A DNA stretch of 52,854 nucleotides, counting the filler, from Bipalium vagum (lineage: Eukaryota), in NCBI GenBank assembly GCA_037834085.1. It is 3 parts of 3 records of this genome, joined end to end, with 100 filler letters (N's around TTAATTAATTAA, not from the genome) between each part and the next. Parts side by side here need not be neighbours in the genome. Positions count along the whole stretch, not along the records: positions 17,050 to 33,827 come from JBBMKC010094455.1; positions 33,928 to 52,854 come from JBBMKC010015299.1; 1 more part is not named here. One strand, 5' to 3'. Below are positions 26,300 through 36,705 of the stretch, piece by piece; the stretch's first letter is position 1, and every line of letters begins with the position of its first letter. The position numbers and the translations under genes are program-made. The notes under the pieces were generated by a model. It saw nothing but the letters and a program-made list of their open reading frames with translations, was not told the DNA's origin and did not search any database.

Positions 26300-27000
26300 T
26301 TTCAGGAAGCTAATTTCAATAAAAGAAATCAACATTTTTGGTGGCTGTTCAATCAGCGATCCAGTTTTCAGCTTCCTCGAAGAATTAGAAGCGCTTCTCG
26401 GAAAGTGAATGTGCCATCGACCGAGACAGATGGTATTCAAAAGGAGCGCAGTCTGGTGAATAAGCTGCATGGGGTAGCACTTCCAATCAAAGCAACTCTA
26501 ATGTTTCCTGAATTCTTTTGTTGAAGTGTGTCCGGGTGTTGTCATGCAGCAAAATTATTTTTGCAGCCTTTTCTCATATTCTGGTCTCTTTTCGAGCAAT
26601 GCCTGACTCAGACGAATTTATTCTTTTCGGTACAACTCCCCTGTAAGCGTTTCACTTTTTATTACGCAACTCTTTTGGTCCCACCAGATAATTAGGAGAG
26701 TCTTTTTCTCATAATACACTGTCCAATATCGGTGGTACTAAGAAGGTTCAATAACTTGATTGTAAAGAGAGAGAGATATGAAGTCGAGTATTATCTTGAT
26801 TAATAATGAATCCATTTCTGTTATTGTTTTACTAGGTTGCATAATGCATAATTCTCTTAGCGAAAAAAAATTCTTAATATAATCCATTTCTATGAATCTT
26901 TGGTGTTTGTAGTGGTCCTAGAAAGGTGTAACTTGTAGCCTTTTACGATTGGAGCTTTTGTTTATAAAGCCCATTTCTTCAACGATCTAGAAATTCATCT
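26300..27000 (-). mobile_element. Mariner (Mos1-like) transposase relic
   Basis: ILLHDNTRTH followed by EVLPHAAYSPDCAPFEYHLSRSMAH, frameshifted. Confidence 0.8.
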
Positions 27001-27419
27001 TTTTCTTGTTTGAAAACGTGCCATTTTTATATTGAAACAAGCTTCTTTTTTGGACATCTATAGGGTTGCGGAGCTTTACTATTATCGTCATGCTTTCTAA
27101 ATTAATTTTCTTTAAATTTCTTTTATAAGATAACCAAAAATATGCATTGACTATATAATATTATTTTTTTCTAAGTTGAACTCATTTCTAGTACATGTCA
27201 AAATTGCTTTGTAATTAGTTTTGGATTAAATATGTTCTGACATTACAAAAGGTATTTATCTTATTGTTGACACTGATTTAACCAAAGAAAGTTATCAGGT
27301 CAAACTAAAACTTTGTAAAACTACTTCAAAAACATTTCGGTTGATTAAAAGATGTACGGCAATCACTTAATATATAAAAAACATTATAAATTGGTTCGAT
27401 GCACTAAAAAATACCAATG

Positions 27420-27990
27420 TCACTCAAAGATAAGAAAGATGATTCCGTCTACGAGACACCAATGACGACGAAATCAAATACTTAATCAACGAGAAATGTC
27501 ACAAAAAACATAGGACATTACAAGAAAACCCAGCTTGCGTAACTCACACGTAACCATCGAAAACAATATCAAGTATATGGGCTACGTGAAAAAATTCGAA
27601 TTATGGGTTTCTTACTAACTTATGGAAAGACACATTGGACAAAGCCTTGAAATCTGTGATTTCTTAATATTTGCATTGATCAGTTGACAAATTTGAACAG
27701 GGAAATCCAAGTAAAATGCACAAAATTTCAAATCGTATTTTTCATCATGACAATGCAAAACACATTTCTTTTATCACTCGGCAAAAATTATTCATCCTTA
27801 ATTGGTTCACATTGTCCAGACCTCATTCCTTCCGATTACAATTTGATTTGCCATATTCAAAACGCCTTGAATGGTAAAACTTTTACTAACGATGATGACA
27901 TCCAAATCCAACTTGTTGCACTTTTATGCAGATAAGCCAAGAAGGTTTTAGGAATAAAGGGTCTTTATTCAGATGCCGATTGGTCCTTGA
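27420..27990 (+). mobile_element. Mariner transposase relic with internal deletions
   Basis: FHHDNAKH, then HCPDLIPSDYNLICHIQNALNGKTFTNDDDI; MGYVKKFELWVS upstream resembles the WVPHEL linker. Confidence 0.75.
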
Positions 27991-30900
27991 TATAATCAGA
28001 CATTCATAAAATCAATAAAAATATATATTCTTTCATTTAGTTTCATGTCTTTTGTTTCTTTAAAAAAATCGGTGATTGGTTTCTTACCATCCAAATCTTT
28101 GGGTTAGCGGAGCGCTTAAATAAAGATTTATGGACTTTCAGAGTAAAAAAGTATACTATTAAATTTAATAAAAATAAAAAAGGATAAATTTATTTAAACA
28201 TTATTATTTAATTTATTTATTTTATTATTATTTATTTATATTACATAGATAGACATGAGGTGACCTGCACCATAAAAAATATTGAGATAATTTAAAAATT
28301 ATAAACTTTCTTTAATATTCCGTGCCTTAGAAATATTTATTTATTATATATATATACATTGTGAAGAAATTAAAGTTAAATTTATCAGATTCATCGAAAT
28401 CTTAGAAATTATTGGCCGAAAAATAATTTAATTGACGAGATAATTATTAAAATGTTTAACATTTTTTAATAATATAATTTTATTTTTCCCCAATAAAGTT
28501 TTTGATAAAATCCATTCTGGATAATTGGATAAACAATATGAAGCATGGAAATTAATGTTAATTAACAAATAATTTTTTGACAAATAATATTGAGGGCCAC
28601 TCACAGGTTAAAGGAAAGCCTATTAAATTGTTCTCTTCATCCCTTGCGAATTGGAATTAATAAGTGGGAAAAATATACAAATGATGAGCGTTATCCATCT
28701 GTACTGGCTTCACAATGATCAACATTGGTATTCAATTATTAATTGAAAATAATTGTCAATTTTTCTCACTGAATTTTATTAAAAATGTGAAATCATTCAT
28801 TATTTATTTATTTAATATAAATTAAAATTTGTTTTAATATTCCAAAAATTTAAATTCAATTTTCAAGTGATTTTCTTTAAAGAAACTTCGTCTCGGATTT
28901 GTTGAAAAACAAGATTTAGGAAAAATAATTTGTAATTAATTTGACTTAATTATTTGTTTTGTGTTGATAATTATAAAATTTGAAGGGAAAAATAATTAAA
29001 ATTTATTAATTTCTTTTCTGCTTAATAATGATTTTATAAATTATTAAAAAGAAAATTATGATAAAAAATACTTACCGATTACGAAAATTCCTTTTCGAGC
29101 TCCAACATTCCCCGACTGGGAAGACACTTTTTTCTGAGATCCTTATTGATCTAAAATAAGGATAAATAATCATTAAATTTTATCGATTTTTTAAAATACT
29201 TTTTTCTCTTTCATCTTGTCAACCAGCTCTGGAAAGATGGCTTTCAACTTGGACAACTTTAACTCTGTCTTGAACGAATTTGGATTGTCATTGCTTCTTA
29301 TCCATTACTTAATGGAATTGATTATTATTATAGAAATAAATCTGGTTCAACTGGAAAATGGATTATTAATATCTGTATCAGACAGTGACGCTGAATGTGA
29401 ACAAAGCAGAAATTTCAGTCAAATTGAAAGATTTTTATTGAATTCTTTTATCACGTAATTAGATTCAATTTTACAACAATAGTCTGCGTCGGATGAACTG
29501 AAGATCACTTCATCAGACATATGCGCGTAACGAACAACAAATAAAATAATAAAAAAGTTACAAGTTGTATAGAAACAGACATGTAAAATGAATAATTAAA
29601 AAGATGAATTAATGGCAGAAAATGACCAAATGGGGCTGGAGAGGTCCACAAATGGCTAATAGCAGTGGGTTATGCTGGCCAATTGGCAGTTAGACCGTGG
29701 ACAAATCTTGTACTGCCATCTCTGATAACAGAAAGCAGCGGCAAAGATCAAAAGCAGTTTCCATTCACAAGTATATCAAATCAACAGTGATGGATAATAA
29801 AGTTTCACTTATTTTCCATTTTGGAAATGATATTGTTCAACTTAATCTTCAATTGATCCCAAAAAATAAAGCCCCTCTCTCATTCTCAAGAGAATGATTT
29901 TTAAGTATTTTTTGTTTTTTTACCATTTTTCAAGCTTAAATAAGTAATAATATTACTGACGTAATCCATTCCCGATCCCCATAAATGCATTCCACAGTTT
30001 AAGGAAAATTATTACTTAATTTGACTTTGATTTTCGCCGATTTCGGGCACTGCGTCACGATCAAAGGAACAAGAAGTATGAAAATTTTATTCTGCGATGA
30101 ATGATGATTTGTACCAATTTTTGCACATGAAATTTCAGTTGACTTTTTATATCACCATTGCCTATTGGGGATATTGTTATTGTTCATTTCCGTCCTCGGT
30201 AGGACTATATTGAGCCCGGCATATCTTCTGTAAAGCTCTGTAGATTTTTGTCAATGGAAATTTTCATCAATCTTATTCCTTTGCTAAAATATGGGAGACA
30301 GTGTTTTCGTGGGAACATGGAGATTAATTAAAATATCGGACTATTTATCTATGAAAACAGAGTTGAAATCATTTTTGCCATGAAAACATGAAATAAATCA
30401 CATTTTCCCTTATCAGTCAAATTTTATTTTTACTAACAAAAACGGAGTGAGAAAAAAATCAATGAAAATCTTTTTATAAATGAAAAAATTATTCTCAAAA
30501 TTGATCATATCGAACGGCAAAATTTTTTTTTGATTTTATTTTCCGGTTTCGTTTTGTCAAAGTTACTTTTTTATATTAAGAGACCTATCATAATATGAGT
30601 TGAGGAATAAGAAAATGAAGTGAAACGACTACCGTCCACTTCCAAGTTCACACAGACGTTATCTTAACGGTTATCAAAGAAAATATTTAATTTTAAACAT
30701 TGCCACACAATAAAGACAAAAGTTTAAATGTTAACATTAAAAAAATAGGCTGAATAAAAAAATTGGTTAATGTCAGGTGACCAGTTTTTGATCACTTGGT
30801 AAAGAATTTGGTTGCCTACAAAGCCTGTCGCAATCTACCGCGTAGTTCAGATATTTCGTCACAGATTATCATTTATTTTAGTCATTACCAAATTCTTTGA

Positions 30901-33827
30901 TTGGTAAAGCTTCAATAATGAAAATGTTTTCTAACATTAAACCTGGGCTAAAATTTTAGGGATTAATCCATACCTGTGTGAACTTAAAATTATAATACCA
31001 CTTGAGAGGTGGTAAAAAAAATTATTTAAAACATTGGTTATTAACTGAAAATACGGTTTTATTTTGTATATACATTATTCCTTTAATTAAAAAAAATTGG
31101 TTTCCTTTAAGATTATTATTATACTTTACGCTATTTTCACAAATTTGTTTATAGGATTACTATTGAGGTTCAATTTTAGTCTTATCTCTATCAGCAGTTT
31201 ATGTACTTCATACATCACCAAAATTTATGGAAAGCCTAGGTGATATTATATGTTGATAGGAGTCGGTATAAGAACACAAAAGGTCTGTCAACCTTTTTTT
31301 TAATTGATTTCGGTGTCAAGTTTATTACTTCTGAATTTCCTAAACAAATTATATGTGGTCCGACGAAAAATGTTATCTTTCTAAAGGCTTTATTGGTGCG
31401 TCTTTGAGATAGACCAAAATTTAAATCTGAACTGAAATCGCACATCAATAGTATAAGTTGATCTTCAAGCAAAGTGTTAATTTTGTCAATCGTCATATTG
31501 TAAATAGCGCTTAAGTATAGTGAATATTTAAACAACACACACAATGAATGTACAATGAAATTTATACATATGTAAAAATTAATAAATACTATAATTTAAG
31601 AATGGTCCGTTTACTTTGTTTTCAACCCAATATTTATACTTTGAAGATTTCCACATTCCAAGAAAACACATTTTTGGCAAACTCCATTGCATAACTTTTT
31701 GATGGCCAACAAATTCATGGTATAATATAAATTCTTTTTATAAAAATAATGTCAACTTGAATAGTGTCTTTCCATTATTTTATTGTTATGCTCCAGAAGA
31801 AGAATGGTGTAAATCTTCCTGAAAGCAATGAATGACTTAATCTGAGTAATTTTTCTCTGACATTATGAAAAGCGTAACCGAAATGGTAAATGACGATCGC
31901 GGAAGATTAATTAGATGAATGAGATGAGAAATTCGTTGCTCATACTACGACATTATGGAAATAATTCCTGACGACATCAAATATAAATTTTATGATCTTT
32001 GCAATTAGATGACTAAACCCCGGAAAACTTGTTTGAATTGGTCAATCATCTGGAACAAGTTATAATCACAAAAAGCTTGTAATAATATTTGTGCTTATAT
32101 TTTAGAATGTTGACAATTGAAGATAGAATTTCGATATACCTGCAGTTTCAGCTAAATAATATCAATCGACTCCGATAATGAATAAGTGGGAGAAACAAGT
32201 GTAAATTGGCATTATTATTATTTACAAAATTTCTGAGAATTTGTTCTATTTTGAATGAGAAGCATTCATGATTTTCATCTCGGTTTTAGTACTAATAAGT
32301 ACGTGCACGAAATTATTTCTTGCAGGCTCAATGTATAATATGGATATAAGAAGAAGCTTCGAAAAAAGGTAGAGACTGTAAATTTTTAAAATTAATTTAT
32401 TATACAATTTCCGCGTATCTTGAGAAACCCTACAAGAATGGTATGGTTGAAGCCTGGATTTTTATTTATTCACCTTGTTAACATCATCTTTGATTACGAG
32501 ATAAGCATATGAAGACATTTATGGATTCATTGTCAGTACGAGCAATGCGCTTTACAGAATTGAATTTGTTCACCTTTTCCGAATACCGAAGGTTAATTTT
32601 TATCACAAAAGAATCAATTCATAACAAATTTTATTATTATATAAAATGGAAAAATGTCTATTAAAAAATTTTAAATACTTTATAAAACTACGTCGTGCTT
32701 TTCTTTCATTTATATTTGTACTTTTAGTTGAAATTTAAAAAGTATAAAAATTATATATATTTAATATTAATAATAATAAAATTATTATTATTAATAATAA
32801 AACGGATTTTGGTATTATTGCAAATTAGTGGGTATTATTTTTTAATTACTGAACTCGGACCTCATAATATTACTGAAGGTTATGGTTTGGTTGTACAACC
32901 TCAATAGAAATTTCAAAAAGTATAATTATTTAATTAAACATACGTGATGATTATTGAATTTTCCATTAACTTAATATTATTATGTGTAATTGGTAATCAA
33001 AAAATTTATTGGACTAAATATTATTTATTATAAAAAAGTATTTATCATCTCCCTTTCTAAATAAAAATTTATCTTACTGACAGTTATAGATAATATCTTT
33101 CAGCCAAGAATTTATTTTTAATAAAAATAATTACATTTTTGACTATTAAATATTTATTATTATTTGGTTTTATTAAAATTTATTAAAGATTTATGTTTTG
33201 GTAAAGAGGATTCCTAAATTAAAATTGATTAAACTTTTGTTTTAATTATATTTCGATTTTATTAGGGTTCAAATTGTGTATACAAAGATTAACACAATAA
33301 TGTTTCAAAATATATTTGATTTTTGAGGAAATCCGATTTCAGAAATACAGGACAAGCACATTACAGTAAAAGGATATTCTATATTTTGGAGTTTATTAAA
33401 AATTGTTCTTAATATGGATTTCTTTCGAAAAAATGAAACCTGTGTACCATATTAAAAGTATGATATCCAATGATAATTAATTGATCATAATCAAAGAAGG
33501 AAAATCCACTTCTATGACACCATGTAATTACAATAATAAAAAAATTCTTCAGGTCTGATTAGCTTCCTCATAAATATGGAAACTTTTAATTTTTAGTTCA
33601 CAGATAATTCAATGTTACAATTTCATTAATATTAAAGATCATATATCAAAATACTTACAAGAACAAAAAATAAATCACAGTGAAACCTGCATAAATGAAC
33701 CCCTTTGTTAGCTGAACACCTCTTTTATTTGAACATTTAATTCCGTACAATGTAAATATAAGTTATTGTCACCTGTGTTAATTGAAAACCTGTATACTTT
33801 AAAATTTGAACACTAAAAATTTTTTGA

Positions 33828-33927
33828 NNNNNNNNNNNNNNNNNNNNNNNNNNNNNNNNNNNNNNNNNNNNTTAATTAATTAANNNNNNNNNNNNNNNNN
33901 NNNNNNNNNNNNNNNNNNNNNNNNNNN
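33828..33927. other. Artificial assembly spacer (100 nt, Ns around TTAATTAATTAA)
   Basis: Same construct as 16950-17049. Confidence 0.95.
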
Positions 33928-34472
33928 TATTTTCGCCTGCTTTTCGCTGGGCAATGCCGAATAAATTGGCAACACAATCAGCTCCTTGATTTTGTTTCCC
34001 AGAGCTTTGATTCGCTCCTGCAGTCTGTCCATTGCATCCTCGATTTCTTCTTGACCAGTCAAAAACACCAGTATATCCCCGTCAGGCTGTGTGATGTGAA
34101 TCTGCAAAACCGATACCACGGCGGCCTCCACAAAATCTGCTTCTTGATCTTTCGTGTAATACATTTCTACTGGGTATCGACGACCGGGAATTTTAAAAAA
34201 TGGTGCATCGAAGAAATCACAAAACTTCTCTAGGTCACATGTGGCACTGCTTATTAAAATCTTTAAGTCCTTCCTGACCTCTGTCAATTCCCTTAACAGT
34301 CCAAATAAAACGTCTGTTTGTAAAGTTCGTTCATGAGCTTCGTCGATAATCAGAACTGAATACTCACCCATGTAGGGATCGTTCAAGAACTCTCTCAACA
34401 ACATGCCGTCAGTCATGTACTTAATCAGAGTCTGGTCGGAAATCTTGGCCTCAAATCTCACAGAGTAACCCA
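33928..34472 (-). pseudogene. DHX16: 5'-truncated, intronless segment of the DEAH-box splicing helicase DHX16/Prp2; the 3' end runs into the contig edge
   Basis: [69 protein letters not shown] and [19 protein letters not shown] (DHX16-type). The frame is open, but Walker A and TQPRRVAA are absent and integrase-derived DNA sits directly upstream. Family call is strong; pseudogene status is inferred. Confidence 0.8.
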
Positions 34473-35084
34473 AATTTTTTCTGGTTTTCTTTGGTAGTCT
34501 CTAAATATTGTATCAAATGTATCTGTTATCGATTTTACATTTTTATTTTTTAAAGGTACAGCAAAACCATATCTTGTGTATAAATCAATAATTGTTACAA
34601 TTATTTTATAACATTTTTCTAATGGTACAAAAGTTAAATTTTAGGTTTTTTTGTTCTTTATGAAGTTTATTTGCTAAATGTTTTTTATTTTCTGGTTTTA
34701 ATTCTTCTTTGTCTTCAAATAGTTTCTCATTTTTAATATTTTTGAAAATCTTGGAAGACCTAAGTCAAAAGCTCTTTCGCTCTTCATAATTAATTTAACA
34801 ATGGCTCTTTCAAGTTTTTTTCTTGGAGTTTGATTTTGAATATTTTTCATTTCATAATTTGGAATAATTTGGACATTAGCAATATATCTAACTTTTAAAT
34901 TTTTTGAAATATATTTTATATCATGTTTCACTGCAGTTTGATCAACTCTTTTTATTGGAGTCGAATTAATTTTTTGAATTGGAGAAATATTTGAATTTTC
35001 AATGACTTCATCATAGTTTTCTAAACATTTATAAATATTTGTTCCAGATCCAGAAAAATTTGTTTTATTAAAAGGGTTGTAAAC
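34467..35084 (-). mobile_element. Degraded Polinton/Maverick (adintovirus-like) PLA2-like plus integrase gene fragment
   Basis: Frame 35084-34698 reads YNPFNKTNFSGSGTN...PIKRVDQTAVKHDIKY...RYIAN...ERAIVKLIMKSERAFDLGL (parvovirus/adintovirus PLA2 pattern NY.GPGT, PIN..D.A...HD..Y). After frameshifts it continues HLANKLHKE and [48 protein letters not shown] (Maverick rve integrase pattern YILT.ID.FSKYA.A.PLK.K....P.K.W.D). Confidence 0.8.
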
Positions 35085-35531
35085 TTATTTAAAAATTATT
35101 ATTTGTAATAGATTGTTAAATATGATATTTTTCTTTTATTTTTTCAATAGTACTTTTTTAGTACTTTTTTCATTAGTTTCTTCGTTAGTATTTTTATTAG
35201 TTTTTTTTTAATGTATATTTGTATTTAAAAGTTTACTCTTATTATATATTTTATTATATATATTTTGAAATACTTTTATTACAAACTGCACAAAAATATG
35301 ATTCAGTGATTTTTTTAAAATAGAAAATAAAGATAAAAATTTTTTTCATATATTTTGTAAAATCAAAAATGTTATTATCGATGTAGTAAAATTATAATTT
35401 ACAAAAGCACCACAAGCAGTTTAGTATGAATGTACCAATTAGAGACACTGTGAATAAAATATGAATTAAAATAAAAACAATTCGTTTTTCGCCCCATTTT
35501 TTGTTTTGTGAGATAAATTGAAAATTAGTTG

Positions 35532-35606
35532 GGAGATGTAGCTTAGCGGTCAGAGCAGTCCATGCGCGTGTGAAGATCCCGGGTTTGAATCCCGGTACCT
35601 TCACCA
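35532..35606 (+). pseudogene. Degenerate tRNA-Ala-like sequence with encoded CCA (tRNA pseudogene or SINE head)
   Basis: GGAGATG TA GCTT AGCGGTCA GAGC ... CCGGG TTTGAAT CCCGG TACCTTC A CCA. A- and B-box-like motifs and an intact T stem are present, the acceptor resembles Ala GGGGATG/CATCTCC, the anticodon arm is disrupted and TTC has become TTT in the T loop. Confidence 0.75.
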
Positions 35607-36705
35607 ACATGGCGACCACATCATGACACCAACCAGCGATTGAGGTCTCGAAAGTGAAATAAGCAAAGGAAATGAAAGGAAATTGAGATTAGAGAAATCC
35701 TGGTATCTCCAAAAATTTTTCACTAACATGTTTATTTATATTTTAAAGCTTGGGTGTTGGTTTATTTTATAATTTTCCACACTACAAATAATAACACAAT
35801 CTACAATGTGAAATGTCTCAGATATTCAGAATCAATAAAACAATGCTGCTAGGCAAACAATCAAATCAAATAATCAATAAAAATAAAATAATCAAATCAA
35901 ATTCAATAATTAGTAAAATTTTAATCGAATGTAAATATTAATAGTTAATGTTAATTTAAAATGAAAAAAATAAGTGAAAAGAAAAACAATTCTCACTGTG
36001 TTAAAAGACGATGAGTGCTAGTTTCGTTTGACGAGACAGAGTCGGTACGCTCATAAAAGCCCTAGCAGTGTAGAACTTATCGTTGGCTCCTGCTACATAA
36101 AATCCTGCATGGACAAAATGAATTTCACAATTTTCTGAAAATTTTTTACATTTTCAAAATGAGTTATGTAGTTTTTGTTGATGTTAATTGCTATCAGACC
36201 TGTTCGGTGTATGCTTAAGTAAACATTCGTTGAAAAAAAACAAGAATTTTTTAATCTTGAAGAAAAATCTGATTTCAGGTAGGTGAGTAGTCCCATGGTT
36301 TCTGATAATACCGAACAATTGGGGTTATGGGTTATATACATGAAGCAATAGATATTAAAAAATCAGATTTAATTCATTTACTGTATTGTCATGCAACATT
36401 TAAAAATTCTTAATTAATTATTAATAGTGTTTTGAATGAAATTAAATATAAAATTATACGAAATTTGATAGTCTATCTATTAATAAGAAATTATTTATTA
36501 TATATATATATCAAGAGATCATTTCTTAATTCTGTTTTGTTTGTTTAACTAAAAATCAAATTAAAAAAATTTAAGTAATTAATACGTTTGAAAATTTTGG
36601 TTACATTACATTTTTTTATAGTAGTCTTTTTAATTTCATAAATTAAAATAATCTTTTTAGATTAATTTTTGGTTTTCTTCCAATCTAAAAATTTAGATAT
36701 ATATT

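Noticed and set aside
35532-35603. Functional tRNA gene
   Set aside because: The anticodon stem does not pair, the acceptor stem has a mismatch and the T-loop C is lost.
36007-36070. Hammerhead ribozyme on the minus strand (TATGA...GAAAC...GTC)
   Set aside because: No CUGANGA core and no stem I.
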